DNA of 64,000 nucleotides from Longimicrobiales bacterium (GCA_965116905.1 OZ220732.1:3712001-3776000), one strand, 5' to 3'; numbered from the stretch's first letter, positions 9,405-20,333 are shown. Numbers and translations are program-made. Notes: a model not told the origin generated them from the letters alone.

Positions 9405-9835
9405 TGGGCCGCCGCATCGTTTCAGCGTTCGAAGTGACGGGCTGGGAAGAGACGCCGTACGGGGAGGAGAACGACGGTCCGAGCCTCGGCGAGGCGCTGG
9501 TGCTCAAGCGTTACCACGGGGACCTCGACGGCGAGGGGCGCGCGCGACTGCTGATGTGTCGGGCCGATCCCGCCAGCAACAGCGAAAACGCGGGGTACGT
9601 GGCCTCGGAAAGGGTCGAGGGACGCCTGGACGGCCGGGAGGGCACGTTCGTGCTGCAGCACTGGGGAGTCGTAGCGGCCGGCAAGCCTCCCACAACCGCG
9701 GGACACGTCGTCCCCGGGTCCGGCACCGGCGAACTTGCCGGGCTCACCGGTTCGATGGAGATCGCCGTCGCGCCGGATGGCACCCACACGATGGCCCTGG
9801 ACTACGAGCTACGGCCGGCGCACGTCAGCGACTGA
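9404..9835 (+). CDS. DUF3224 family protein
   Basis: GRLDGREGTFVLQH and VVPGSGTGELAGLTG motifs; TGATG coupling to the upstream gene. Confidence 0.85.
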   Translation: MGRRIVSAFEVTGWEETPYGEENDGPSLGEALVLKRYHGDLDGEGRARLLMCRADPASNSENAGYVASERVEGRLDGREGTFVLQHWGVVAAGKPPTTAGHVVPGSGTGELAGLTGSMEIAVAPDGTHTMALDYELRPAHVSD

Positions 9836-9836
9836 G

Positions 9837-10997
9837 CTAGCCGCCCGGGCCGGCGGTGAACTTCTGCACGCGGCGACCGGTCGACGCTTCGCCCACGTAC
9901 AGGTTGCCGCGCGAGTCGACATCCATGCCGTGGGGGCGCAGGAACTGGCCCGCCTGCCGTCCGCCGCGCCCGAATTCGCCCACCACCTCGAGGTCCTCCC
10001 GGCGCAGGGTCCAGATCTTGTGGTTGGTCCCATCGGCGAGGTACAGCCAGCGCTGCCCGGGGTCGGGGGAAAACGCCAGGACGAAGGCCGAGCCCGAGGC
10101 CAGGGTGCGCGGCGCGATCGTCTTCTCGGTCACGTACTCTCCGCTCTGCCGGAAGACCTGGATCCGGTTGCCCCGCCGGTCCGCCACATAGATGAGTCCA
10201 TCGGCGGACCCGATGATCCCGTGCACGGTCGAATACTGCAGCGGGGGCGGACCATCCGGGTCGCGGCCGGCATAGTCGTACCGGTACTCGTCGTCGGGGG
10301 GATCGCCGTACGCGCCCCAGTGCCGCCGGTATTCGCCTGTCTCGCCGTCGAAGACGACAACGCGGCGGTTGGCGTAGCCGTCCGCGATGAACACCTCGTT
10401 CGTCCGGGGATCCACCCAGATGCCCGCCGGCCCTCCCAGCAGCCGGGTGTCGTCGCTGCCGCCGGTGACGTCGTACTCGCCGAGCGTCATGACCCATTCG
10501 CCCTCGCGCGTGAACTTCATGACCCGGTGGTGGCGGTAGGTGCCGATCCAGACGAAGTCGTTGTGGTCCACGAATAGTCCGTGGGGATTGCGGGGGTACT
10601 CGGCGATGTCCTGCGACGGATCGCCCCATCCCTGCACCACGCGCCCGTCGGGGTCGAACTCGATCACGGCCGGCGCGGGCACGCAGCAGGTCCCGATGGG
10701 CGGGTCCTGAACGGCCGAGGTCTCCTCGGGCGTCAGGGTCTCCGGCAGGTGCGCCACCCAGACATGGTCGCGAGCGTCGACGAACACCGCGGTTACGGCC
10801 CCCATGATCCACTTGTCCGGCATTTCAAGCGGCCACGACGCGTCCACCCGAAATGCGGGCGGCGCGTCACCCTGATCCACGTTCGCTTCCGGGGGGCCGG
10901 CCTCCCGCTGCATGTCGCAGGCCGCGACAAGAGCAATCGCGAGGAATCCCGCCGGGTTGCAGAGTCTGCGAATGGCCACGCTTCGGGTTATCGTCAT
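9837..10997 (-). CDS. NHL-repeat lipoprotein (peptidyl-alpha-hydroxyglycine amidating lyase-like)
   Basis: Lipobox VAAC; PHGLFVD, ADGYANRRV, YVADRRGNRIQVF and GQFLRPHG NHL repeats. Confidence 0.8.
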   Translation of the reverse strand: MTITRSVAIRRLCNPAGFLAIALVAACDMQREAGPPEANVDQGDAPPAFRVDASWPLEMPDKWIMGAVTAVFVDARDHVWVAHLPETLTPEETSAVQDPPIGTCCVPAPAVIEFDPDGRVVQGWGDPSQDIAEYPRNPHGLFVDHNDFVWIGTYRHHRVMKFTREGEWVMTLGEYDVTGGSDDTRLLGGPAGIWVDPRTNEVFIADGYANRRVVVFDGETGEYRRHWGAYGDPPDDEYRYDYAGRDPDGPPPLQYSTVHGIIGSADGLIYVADRRGNRIQVFRQSGEYVTEKTIAPRTLASGSAFVLAFSPDPGQRWLYLADGTNHKIWTLRREDLEVVGEFGRGGRQAGQFLRPHGMDVDSRGNLYVGEASTGRRVQKFTAGPGG

Positions 10998-11161
10998 TGG
11001 TGATCTCGCTGTCGTGGGAAAAGCAGCCTCGTCGTACTTGCGTCGGTGCCGGATGCCCCGGAAAGTTTCGTGTGGGAGGGCGATCACGCCAGCCCCGCGG
11101 TGGAGGCTCCGCGCCATACGGCACGTGCGGCGGGATCGAAAACAATCGGTCGAGAGGGCAC

Positions 11162-12763
11162 ATGAACGGGACACTGACTTCACCCGCCCGTGCTGGCGGC
11201 GGGATCGGGATGTCCGGGCTCGGCGCGCGACGGTTGCTATTGGCCGCGGGTGCGCTCTTCCTGCCGTCGGCGTGCTCATTTGCGCCGCCACCGGCGGTTC
11301 CGGAGCCGGTCGCCGAGCTGCCGGGCAACTTCATGGGCAGCTCGCTGCCCGGCGACTACGAGTCACGGGAGTGGTGGGAGATCTTCCGGGATCCCGTGCT
11401 GAGCACCGTTGTGGATTCGGTCCTCTCGGCGAACTTCGACCTGGCCGAGGCGGTGGCCAGGGTACAGCAGGCCCGCGCACAGGCGGGCATCGCCAGGGCC
11501 GGACTGTTTCCCGCACTGCAGGTCAGCGCCAACGCCACCGATCAGGACACGCCCGCCAATGCCGGGTTCGGCGAGCAGTTTCGCAAGCTTGCGGGTGGCG
11601 AGGACGGAGCGCTGCCCGGAGGATTCCAGTTCCCGGACCGGCTGGCCTTCACAACCTATTCGCTCGGCGTCGACTTCGCCTACGAAGTCGACTTCTGGGG
11701 ACGGGCCCGCAACGACGCGCGCGCGGCCGGAGCCCAGTACATGGCCTCGGAGTCGGACTATCACGCCGCGCGCATCGGCGTGCTCGCGACCACGATCTCG
11801 ACGTACTTCGAGATCGTGGACCTGCGGCGCCGCACCGAACTCGCCCGCCGGACGATCGACGTGCTGATGGAGCGCGAAGCACTGGCGGAAACGCGATACG
11901 ACCGCGGGCTGGTCACCTCGTTCGAGCTCTACCAGGTCAGACAGGACCTCCGCAACACGCAGGCCGCCCTTCCGCAGCTGGAGACCCTGCTGACCGATGC
12001 CGAGGGGCGGCTGGCGGTCCTTCTGGGCGGGTTCCGCGGGAAGCTCGACGCGATCCTGCCGGACTCGCTGGCCCCCGTGCCCCTCGGAGACCCGGTGGCC
12101 GCGGGCGTCCCGGCGAACCTGCTCTACCAGCGGCCCGATGTGCTGGCCGCGGGACTGCGGCTCGACGCGGCACGCTTTGCCATAGGCGCGCGAAGGGCGG
12201 AGCTGCTGCCGTCGCTTTCCCTTTCCGGCACGATCGGGGTCCAATCGGCTCAGGCCGACGGACTCTTCAACGTGGACCAGTGGTTCCGCAACCTGCTGGG
12301 CAACCTGACGGCGCCGATCTTCCAGGGCGGGCGCATCCGGCAGAACATCGCGCTGGCGCACGCACAATTCGGTCAGGCCGCGGCGGCGTACGGCCGCACG
12401 GTGGTCACGGCAGTCTACGAGGTCGAGGCCGCCCTGGCCGCGCTCGGCAACGAAGACCGCCGTCACGCGTTCCTGGTGTCCCAGCGGGAAGAGGCTCAGG
12501 GCTCCGTCGATCTGCAGTCGGAGCGGTACGCATCGGGGGTCGGGGGCTACACCGACTACCTGGACGCGCTACGCACGCTCCTCAACGTCGAGTCGACACT
12601 GTCGGGTGCGAGCCGCGACCTGGCCCTGGCCCGTCTGGCGGTGCACCGCGCCTTGGGAGGTGAATGGACCGCGCCGCCCGAGTCCCTCGAAGGGATGGAA
12701 ATGGTCCCCGTCACGGGGTCCGCCACCGATGGTCATGCACCCAACTCGGAAGGGAGCAAATAG
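11162..12763 (+). CDS. Efflux outer-membrane lipoprotein (NodT/OprM/TolC family)
   Basis: Lipobox PSAC; WWEIF-D, YEVDFWG, LLYQRPDV and RALGGEW. Confidence 0.9.
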   Translation: MNGTLTSPARAGGGIGMSGLGARRLLLAAGALFLPSACSFAPPPAVPEPVAELPGNFMGSSLPGDYESREWWEIFRDPVLSTVVDSVLSANFDLAEAVARVQQARAQAGIARAGLFPALQVSANATDQDTPANAGFGEQFRKLAGGEDGALPGGFQFPDRLAFTTYSLGVDFAYEVDFWGRARNDARAAGAQYMASESDYHAARIGVLATTISTYFEIVDLRRRTELARRTIDVLMEREALAETRYDRGLVTSFELYQVRQDLRNTQAALPQLETLLTDAEGRLAVLLGGFRGKLDAILPDSLAPVPLGDPVAAGVPANLLYQRPDVLAAGLRLDAARFAIGARRAELLPSLSLSGTIGVQSAQADGLFNVDQWFRNLLGNLTAPIFQGGRIRQNIALAHAQFGQAAAAYGRTVVTAVYEVEAALAALGNEDRRHAFLVSQREEAQGSVDLQSERYASGVGGYTDYLDALRTLLNVESTLSGASRDLALARLAVHRALGGEWTAPPESLEGMEMVPVTGSATDGHAPNSEGSK

Positions 12764-13939
12764 ATGGGTCGTTTCAAGAACACCTTGATTGCATCGGGTA
12801 TCCTGCTTGGCGCGATCGTCATCGCGGTGGTCATGTTTCAGCTCAGGCCCGAACCCCCCATGCGGGAGCCGCCTTCGCTGATCCCCTTCGTCACGACCGC
12901 GCCCACGGTCGCGGGCGAGGGAGCGATCCCCGTCTTCGGCGCGGGCACGGTCCGGCCCCACGCCGAAATCGACGTGGCGGCCCAGATCAACGGCAAGGTC
13001 TCGTGGGTGTCGCCGGCGTTTCAGGGCGGCGGACGCGTGGGGAGCGGCGACGTCCTCTTCCGAATCGACGACGCCGACTACGTGAACCGCGTGCAGCAGG
13101 CGCGAGCCAACGTTGCGGCGGGACAGGTCGCGCTCCTTCAGGCCGAGGAGGACGCACGCATCGCGCGCGAGGAGTATGCACTCTTCCTGAAACGCCAGCC
13201 CGACGCGGCCAGCTCGGGCGAGGCCAGCCCGCTCACGTTGCGCGAGCCGCAGCTCGCCGCCGCCCGCGCCGCGCTCGCGCGGGACAGCGCCGCATTGGCG
13301 GACGCCGAACTCGCCCTGTCGCGCACCGAGGTACTGGCGCCGTTCAGCGGGGCCGTGCGGACCGAGTCGGTCGACGTCGGGCAGTTCGTCGCCGCGGGTC
13401 AGGGCGTCGGCCGACTGTACGCCGACGACGCCGTCGAGGTCGTGGTGCCGCTGTCCGACTCGGACGCCGCCCTCGTCCCGGACCTGTGGCAGCTGGCCGC
13501 CGGTGATGGAGACCGCAGGGTCCGCGCCGTCGTGACCGCGGGTTACGGCCAGGCGAATCACGATTGGGTGGGGTATGTGGACCGCGCCGAGGCCGCGCTG
13601 GACGAGCAGACGCGCACCATCGACGTGATCGTGCGCGTGCCGAGCCCGTTCTCCGGCTCGGGGCCTCCGCTCCTGGTTGGCCAGTTCGTCGAGGTGGAGA
13701 TCGACGGAGTCGCGCCCGACCGGTACTTCGTGGTGCCGCGTGCCGCGCTGCGAACCGGCAACGAGATCTGGGCGACGCGCCAGGATACGCTGGTCACGAT
13801 CGTGCCCGTGCAGGTGCTGCAACGGTCCGAGGACCAGGTCTACGTCACCGGAGCCCTGGAGCCGGAGCAGCCGGTCATCGTCAGGGGGATCCAGATCGCA
13901 ACCGAGGGCATGCTCGTTCAGACGGGGAATACGCGGTGA
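12764..13939 (+). CDS. RND efflux periplasmic adaptor (membrane fusion protein)
   Basis: N-terminal transmembrane segment, helical hairpin, APFSG and DEQTRT; sits between the outer-membrane factor and permease genes. Confidence 0.9.
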   Translation: MGRFKNTLIASGILLGAIVIAVVMFQLRPEPPMREPPSLIPFVTTAPTVAGEGAIPVFGAGTVRPHAEIDVAAQINGKVSWVSPAFQGGGRVGSGDVLFRIDDADYVNRVQQARANVAAGQVALLQAEEDARIAREEYALFLKRQPDAASSGEASPLTLREPQLAAARAALARDSAALADAELALSRTEVLAPFSGAVRTESVDVGQFVAAGQGVGRLYADDAVEVVVPLSDSDAALVPDLWQLAAGDGDRRVRAVVTAGYGQANHDWVGYVDRAEAALDEQTRTIDVIVRVPSPFSGSGPPLLVGQFVEVEIDGVAPDRYFVVPRAALRTGNEIWATRQDTLVTIVPVQVLQRSEDQVYVTGALEPEQPVIVRGIQIATEGMLVQTGNTR

Positions 13940-14003
13940 TCTCGGCCGCCGACTGGGCGGCCGTTGACGTCAAGGCGGTTTGGTCACGGATCGGCAGGCG
14001 GCG

Positions 14004-17000
14004 ATGAGTCAGGACGAAGGCCTGGGCCCGCAGGAACCGGGAGGCCCGATCGCCTACATGGCGCGGAACGGCGTCGCGGCAAACCTCCTGATGTTCTTCA
14101 TCCTGCTGGCCGGATTCTTCGCCCTGACGACTCTGGTGCAGGAGGTCTTTCCCGAGATCTCGATGGACCGGGTCAACATCTCGGTCCCCTACCCCGGCGC
14201 CACTCCGGACGAGGTCGAGGAATCGATCATCCTCAAGATCGAGGAGCAGATCGAGGGGGTCGAGGGCCTCAAGCAGATCCGTTCCACGGCGGCCGAGGGC
14301 CGCGGGTCGGTCGTGGCCGAACTGGAGCTGGGCGAGGATCTGAACCGCTTCCTCGACGACATCAAGGCGCAGATCGACAGGATCCAGACCTTCCCGGCCG
14401 GCGCCGAGCGCCCCGAGGTCACGGAGGTGACCAACCGGCAGAGCGTGATCCGCCTCGTCGTCTTCGGGGACGTGGCCGAGCGCACCCTGAAGGAGATCGC
14501 CTACCGTACCGAGGACATGCTCTCGGCGCTGCCCGAAGTCTCCTATGTCGAGACCACCGGAGTGCGCGAATACGAGATCTCGATCGAAGTCCCGCTGCAG
14601 CGGCTGCGCGCGCTGGGCCTCACCCTCCGCGACATCTCGATGGCCGTCCGGGGCGGCTCGCTGGACCTCTCGGCGGGAAGCATCGACACGCGCGACGAAG
14701 AAGTGCGGATCCGCACCACGGGGCAGAACTACACACAGCAGGACTTCGAGGAGATCATCGTCGTCAGCCGGGCCAACGGCACCGTGGTGCGGCTGGGCGA
14801 CATCGCCGAGGTGCGCGACGCTTTCCGCGACGTGGACCTCGTCGGCCGCTACGGGGGACAGCCCGCGGCATATGTCGAGGTCTTCCGAACCGCCGACGAG
14901 AAGGCCCTCGAGATCGTGGACGCCGTGGAGCGGCACCTCGAGGAGGAGGTGATCCCCGCGCTCCCGGCGGGCGTCGGGCTCGAGATCTGGAACAACGACG
15001 CCGACATCCTCCAGTCCCGCCTGGGACTGCTCGTTAAGAACGGCCTGCTCGGGCTGACCCTCGTCCTGCTCGCGCTGGCGATCTTCCTCGAGATCAGACT
15101 GGCCTTCTGGGTGGCGGTGGGAATCGCCGTCTCGTTCGTGGGCACCTTCGGCGTCATGGCCCTTCTGGGCGTGTCCATCAACCTGATGTCGCTCTTCGCC
15201 TTCATCCTCGCCGTGGGAATCGTTGTGGACGACGCCATCGTGGTGGGCGAGAACATCTACGCGGCACGGGAGCGGGGCCACAGGGGCGTCGTCGCATCGA
15301 TCCGCGGCGCGCGCAGGGTCACCAAGCCGGTGATCTTCGCGATCCTGACCACCGTGGTGGCCTTCTGTCCGCTCTTTTTCATCCCCAGCTCGATCGGAAG
15401 GATCGTCGGCGAGATCCCGATCATCGTCATCTCGGTACTCGTCTTCTCCCTGATCGAGTCCCTTCTGGTTCTTCCGAACCATCTCTCGCACCTGCCCGAC
15501 AGGGCCGGATCCGTCGCCAGCCGGAACCCCAACCCGGTCTCGCGCATGCGGTCGAGCGTCGAAGCGGGGCTCAAGCGGTTCATCGACGGTCCGCTCGACC
15601 GGAGCCTGCGGTTTGCGACCGGCCGGCCCGGAACCGTGATCGCCAGCGGCATCGGAATGATCGTCATCTCCGTGGCGATGATTCCGGCGGGGATCATCAA
15701 GGTCGACTTCATGCCATCGGTGGAGGCGGACCTGGTGACGGCGAGCCTGGAGATGCCGGAAGGCACGCCCGTCGAGCGCACGTCGGACGTGGCCGGGAGG
15801 CTGGAATCGGCGGGATACGAAGCGCTCGAGCGGCTGGCAGCGGATGGCGGCGAGGCCGCCGGCGGTGTCCTGACGGGTGTCAATGTCACAATCGGACGGC
15901 CGGCCAGACAGAGCGGCCCCGTCGGCGCGGCGGACGCTCAGGCCAATCCGCAGGCAAACATCGCGGCCGTCGAATTCAAGCTCGTGAGCCCCGAGGACCG
16001 GGACATTTCCGCGGCCGACCTTCAACAGCAGTGGCGGGAAGCCGTCGGCCCGCTCCCGGAGGCCAAGTCGCTGACCATCACCTCCGAACTGATCTCCTTC
16101 GGCGCCCCCGTACACGTCGAACTCTCGCACCCGGACCCGGACCGCCTCGGCACGATCGGGGACACCGTCAAGGCCCGCCTCCAGGGATACGCCGGCGTGT
16201 TCGACGTCCAGGCGGATCAGGACCAGGGGCTGCGGGAGATCCAGCTCGACCTGCTGCCCGAAGCGCGAACGCTGGGGCTCACGCTCGACAACCTCGCCAG
16301 GCAGGTCCGCTCGGCGTTCTTCGGTGACGAGGCCCTGCGCGTGCAGCGCGGCCGCGAGGACATGCGCGTCTACGTCCGGCTGCCCGAGGAGGAGCGGAAC
16401 GCCATCGCGGACGTGGAGGGCTACCTGGTGCGCACCCCGGGAGGCGGAGAGGTCCCCCTGGCCCGGGTGGCTTCCGTGCAATTCGGCCGCTCACCCACCA
16501 CCATCCGCCGCAAGGACGGTCACAGGGTCCTCACCGTCACCGCCGACGTCAACATCAACGTCGTCACCGGCGACGAAATGACCAGCATCCTGGACCGCTC
16601 GATCCTCCCGGAACTCGTCAGCCGCAACCCGGGACTGACCTATTCGTTCGGCGGCGAGCAGCAGGAACAGGTGGAGTCGTTCAGCGCGCTCGGCGGCGGC
16701 TTCGCCCTGGCCCTGCTCGCGATCTACGCGCTTCTGGCGATTCCGTTCGGCTCCTACACCAAGCCGCTGATCATCATGGCGGCGATCCCCTTCGGGATCA
16801 TCGGGGCGGTGCTGGGCCATGCGATTCTCGGCCTGCAGATGGCGATCATGTCCCTTTTCGGGGTCATCGGCCTGAGCGGCGTCGTCGTGAACGATTCGCT
16901 GGTCATGATCGACTTCATCAACGAGCGGCTGCGCCAGGGCATGCCCGGCCGTGAAGCGATCATCGCCGGCGCGAAGGCGCGCTTCCGTCCGATCTTCCTG

Positions 17001-17180
17001 ACCTCGGTGACGACCTTCCTCGGCGTCGCCCCCCTCGTTTTCGAGACGAGCCTCCAGGCCCAGTTCCTGATCCCGATGGCGGCTTCGCTGGGCTTCGGCA
17101 TCCTGTTCGCGACGGTAGTGCTGATGATGATCGTGCCGGCACTCGCGATGGTGCAGCATCGGGTAATAGGCGGCCGCTAG
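14004..17180 (+). CDS. RND efflux permease (AcrB/AcrD/AcrF family)
   Basis: About 1060 aa; NGVAANLLM, GIVVDDAIVVGENI and RFRPIFLTS motifs. Confidence 0.95.
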   Translation: MSQDEGLGPQEPGGPIAYMARNGVAANLLMFFILLAGFFALTTLVQEVFPEISMDRVNISVPYPGATPDEVEESIILKIEEQIEGVEGLKQIRSTAAEGRGSVVAELELGEDLNRFLDDIKAQIDRIQTFPAGAERPEVTEVTNRQSVIRLVVFGDVAERTLKEIAYRTEDMLSALPEVSYVETTGVREYEISIEVPLQRLRALGLTLRDISMAVRGGSLDLSAGSIDTRDEEVRIRTTGQNYTQQDFEEIIVVSRANGTVVRLGDIAEVRDAFRDVDLVGRYGGQPAAYVEVFRTADEKALEIVDAVERHLEEEVIPALPAGVGLEIWNNDADILQSRLGLLVKNGLLGLTLVLLALAIFLEIRLAFWVAVGIAVSFVGTFGVMALLGVSINLMSLFAFILAVGIVVDDAIVVGENIYAARERGHRGVVASIRGARRVTKPVIFAILTTVVAFCPLFFIPSSIGRIVGEIPIIVISVLVFSLIESLLVLPNHLSHLPDRAGSVASRNPNPVSRMRSSVEAGLKRFIDGPLDRSLRFATGRPGTVIASGIGMIVISVAMIPAGIIKVDFMPSVEADLVTASLEMPEGTPVERTSDVAGRLESAGYEALERLAADGGEAAGGVLTGVNVTIGRPARQSGPVGAADAQANPQANIAAVEFKLVSPEDRDISAADLQQQWREAVGPLPEAKSLTITSELISFGAPVHVELSHPDPDRLGTIGDTVKARLQGYAGVFDVQADQDQGLREIQLDLLPEARTLGLTLDNLARQVRSAFFGDEALRVQRGREDMRVYVRLPEEERNAIADVEGYLVRTPGGGEVPLARVASVQFGRSPTTIRRKDGHRVLTVTADVNINVVTGDEMTSILDRSILPELVSRNPGLTYSFGGEQQEQVESFSALGGGFALALLAIYALLAIPFGSYTKPLIIMAAIPFGIIGAVLGHAILGLQMAIMSLFGVIGLSGVVVNDSLVMIDFINERLRQGMPGREAIIAGAKARFRPIFLTSVTTFLGVAPLVFETSLQAQFLIPMAASLGFGILFATVVLMMIVPALAMVQHRVIGGR

Positions 17181-17216
17181 CCGCGGGCTGCCCGCTAGCA
17201 GTCCGGGCCGTTGCCG

Positions 17217-18158
17217 CTACCGTTCCCGGTCGCGCGGATCCGGGCCCATTTCGACGGGCAGATCGTGACGGTCGCCCCAGTCGCGCCAGCTGCCGTCGTA
17301 GAAGCGGATGTCCAGCCCCATCATGCGCGCCGCCATGTAGTCCACGCTGGCTCTCATTCCGATCATGCAGTACGCGACGTGCGTCTTCCCCTCGCCCGCG
17401 CCGTGGCGCTCCAGGATGCGTTCGATCTCGGCGCGGGGCCGGAACCGGGTGTTGTTGTCCGGGTCCATCAACTCTTCCCAGTAGAGCTGCGCCGCGCCGG
17501 GAATGTGCCCGGGCCGGCCTCCGTTGCCGAGGCCTCCGTCGTCTCCGGTGTACTCGTCGTCGGGTCGGGCGTCCAGCAGGACCAGGGACTCGTCCGCGAG
17601 TCGCGCCTGAATCCAGTCCGCCGAAACGCGGAAGTCGACCCGGTCCACGGGCTCGACATCTCCGGGAGCGACCTGCGGTGGCGGTCCGCCCGCAACCTCG
17701 CCGCCCGCCGCCTTCCAGGCCTCGAGTCCCCCGTTGAGCACGAAAGAGCGGTCCCCCAGGCCCAGCAGGTCGAAGGTGACCCAGGTCCGGGCGGTCATCG
17801 TCATGCTGGTGCCGTAGATGACGACCTTCGAGTCGCGGCGCACGCCCGCCGCGCGCAGGGCGGCCGCGATCTCGTCCATGCCCCGGAACTCGGCAATCCA
17901 GCCCTCGTCCCCCTCCCATGCGATCTCGTCGAACCGCAACGGACGGGCGCCGGGGATGTGCTCGGCCGCGAAGGCACCGGCCCGACGCTCGGCCTCGATC
18001 ACGATGACGTCTTCGTCGCCGATGTGGCGCTGCAGCCAGTCGACCTCCACGAGCGGGTCCACGGCCATCGTCTGCGCCGGAGCCGGGACGGGAAGGGCGA
18101 AGAGCGCCGTGACGGCGACAGCGCACACAACGGGTGCAAGGACAAACGGCTTCTTCAT
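17217..18158 (-). CDS. Secreted double-domain rhodanese / thiosulfate sulfurtransferase
   Basis: Signal peptide; HIPGA twice, LNGG..AW, active-site YCMIGMRAS and YDGSW-DW. Confidence 0.9.
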   Translation of the reverse strand: MKKPFVLAPVVCAVAVTALFALPVPAPAQTMAVDPLVEVDWLQRHIGDEDVIVIEAERRAGAFAAEHIPGARPLRFDEIAWEGDEGWIAEFRGMDEIAAALRAAGVRRDSKVVIYGTSMTMTARTWVTFDLLGLGDRSFVLNGGLEAWKAAGGEVAGGPPPQVAPGDVEPVDRVDFRVSADWIQARLADESLVLLDARPDDEYTGDDGGLGNGGRPGHIPGAAQLYWEELMDPDNNTRFRPRAEIERILERHGAGEGKTHVAYCMIGMRASVDYMAARMMGLDIRFYDGSWRDWGDRHDLPVEMGPDPRDRER

Positions 18159-18174
18159 CTGGACAGGTCCCCGG

Positions 18175-20331
18175 TCAGAAGCGGGAGGTAAGGGTGATAC
18201 GGAAGCTACGGGTCGCGCCCGGATTCCGTTCCTGGACGTCGACATACTCGGCTTGCAGCAGGTTGGCGATCTTGGCCTGCACGTCCATGTCCCTGACCTC
18301 CATCCCGAACCTCAGGTCCACAAGCGTGATCGCTCCACGCTCGTCGAGCGGAAACGCGAGCACCTGCTCGGGCCGGCTGCGATAGCGCAGGTCCAGCGCC
18401 ACCAGATCCGTCCAGCCGGACACGGTCGTCGTGATGTTGTGTCGGGAGCGGTACGCGAGCCGGTAATCCGTGTTGAGGTCCCTGCTGTCGAGAAGGAGGT
18501 AGTTCGTTTCGATATTGAGCTTGCGAGGCACAAGCCCGATCCTCACGCCGGCATCCAGGCCCCTCACCCTCGCCTCGGCCACGTTCCGGAACTGAAACGT
18601 CAGGAATTGGCCAGGAGCGCCCGACACCTCGATCAGGCCCTCGTATTCGCTCCAGAAGAGGCCCGCGTCGAACCACAGCCAATCGCGGGGGCTGGCGGTC
18701 ACGCCGACCTCGCCGGCCCAGGCGGACTCTCCGCGCAATTCCAGGTTGGGAACGACACGAAAGCCGAACACGACCGTGGACGTGAACTGCTCGGAAACCG
18801 AGGGGGCACGATAGCCCCGGCTGAGCGATGTCCGGAAGCTCAGGCGGTCGCTCCGCTGGAGGACGATCCCGATCTTCGGATTGAGCGTCAGGTCCGACTC
18901 CACAAACGAGGCTGCGTGCCGGTCCAGCCGCAGACCGACGGAACCGCGCAGGGTCTCGGAGAACGTGATGTCGTCCTGGGCAAACAGCGCCAGGTCGGTG
19001 ACGTTCGGCGTCGGATCCAGGAAGTTGGAAGCCACGCCGGTGTAGGCCGCCTCGCCACCGAAGGTGAAGGCGTTGCGTCCGGCCCCGAACAGCGAGAACT
19101 GGACATCCGTTCCGTACCGCGTCGAGCGGTGGTAGTCCTCGTTGTCGTGAAAGTGGTTCTGCACCCGGACGTGCTGGATCTGCGGCCGTACCTGAAGCTT
19201 GATCCGAGAGTTGACCAACGGCGTACCCGTCAGGCCAACCACGAGGTCGGAGTTGCGAATCCAGTCGCCCAGCTGGCTGGGATCGACCTCCAGCCGCCGA
19301 TCCGCGGAACGCCAGGTGAAGAACTCCTGCGCGTCCTCCCGTTTCCAGGTCGCGAAGACCGCCCAGGGGGTCAGGGACTCCGCCCCGAATACCGTCTTGG
19401 CCCGCAGGTGCCAGCGGTCCACGTTGCCGTTCTGGCGGAATCCGTCGGATCTTTCGCGCCCGCCGAAGAGCGTCAGGTCGGTTGTGCCGATCCGGCGTGC
19501 GTGCTGCAGCTGGAGCCCCTGCATGTTCAGGCGCTCGTCCGTGAAGTGCACGTCCCCGGGAGTGTCGAAGACCCCGTAGTACCCGCGGACCACGGACTCG
19601 GCTTCGACCACCAGCGGCCGCGTGATCACGTTGACGACCCCACCCATGGCATTGGTCCCCCACAGGGTGGAGTGCGGACCCTTCACAATCTCGATCCGTT
19701 CCACGTCCAGGATCGGCAGGACGCCGAAGTCGATCGCCGAACTCACGCCGCCGAGCATCCGGTGTCCGTCGAGCAGCATGAGCACGCGGCTTCCCACCCC
19801 TCGGGCGATGCCGGTCGAACCCCGAATGTCCATCTGACCCGCGTTGAACGTCACCCCCTGCGCGAATGGAAGCGCCTCGTCGAGGGACGTCACGTCGCGC
19901 CGCTGCAGTTCCTCGCCTCCGATCACCGCCACGCTCGTGGGAGCATCGCCGGGCCGGGCGGCGCCTCGGCTGGCCGTGACCGTAAGCTCCGGCACCTCGA
20001 ACAATCGTCGGCTCAGGGAAATCCTGACCGGGTCATCGCCTGCAGCCTGCGGGACCAGGGAATGCTCGACGGTGCCGTAGCCGTCCGCCGCTACCACCAG
20101 CGTATGCGGGCCCGGGCCGGGCAGGACCAGTGAGAAGCTCCCATCGCCGCCGCTGAACGTGCGGAGCGGCGTGCCGGCGACCAGCACTTCCGCCTGCGCG
20201 ACGGCGGCACCCGATTCCGCGTCCACGACGACGCCGCGAAGGGGGGCACTCTCCTGGGCGGCCAGGGAACCGGCGGCGGCAAGCGCGGCGAGTCCGGCAA
20301 GTGAACCGCAAACCCGCACTCGAGCACGCAC
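18175..20331 (-). CDS. TonB-dependent receptor
   Basis: Carboxypeptidase-like N-domain, TVTASR, ERIEIVKGPHSTLWG and C-terminal F. Start approximate. Confidence 0.9.
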   Translation of the reverse strand: MRARVRVCGSLAGLAALAAAGSLAAQESAPLRGVVVDAESGAAVAQAEVLVAGTPLRTFSGGDGSFSLVLPGPGPHTLVVAADGYGTVEHSLVPQAAGDDPVRISLSRRLFEVPELTVTASRGAARPGDAPTSVAVIGGEELQRRDVTSLDEALPFAQGVTFNAGQMDIRGSTGIARGVGSRVLMLLDGHRMLGGVSSAIDFGVLPILDVERIEIVKGPHSTLWGTNAMGGVVNVITRPLVVEAESVVRGYYGVFDTPGDVHFTDERLNMQGLQLQHARRIGTTDLTLFGGRERSDGFRQNGNVDRWHLRAKTVFGAESLTPWAVFATWKREDAQEFFTWRSADRRLEVDPSQLGDWIRNSDLVVGLTGTPLVNSRIKLQVRPQIQHVRVQNHFHDNEDYHRSTRYGTDVQFSLFGAGRNAFTFGGEAAYTGVASNFLDPTPNVTDLALFAQDDITFSETLRGSVGLRLDRHAASFVESDLTLNPKIGIVLQRSDRLSFRTSLSRGYRAPSVSEQFTSTVVFGFRVVPNLELRGESAWAGEVGVTASPRDWLWFDAGLFWSEYEGLIEVSGAPGQFLTFQFRNVAEARVRGLDAGVRIGLVPRKLNIETNYLLLDSRDLNTDYRLAYRSRHNITTTVSGWTDLVALDLRYRSRPEQVLAFPLDERGAITLVDLRFGMEVRDMDVQAKIANLLQAEYVDVQERNPGATRSFRITLTSRF

Positions 20332-20333
20332 GG

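Noticed and set aside
17818..20133. Long antisense ORFs (this 771-aa ORF, also 13881-16481, 48708-50666 and most of 35623-37641)
   Set aside because: They are shadow frames of clear genes in GC-rich DNA and carry no recognisable motifs.
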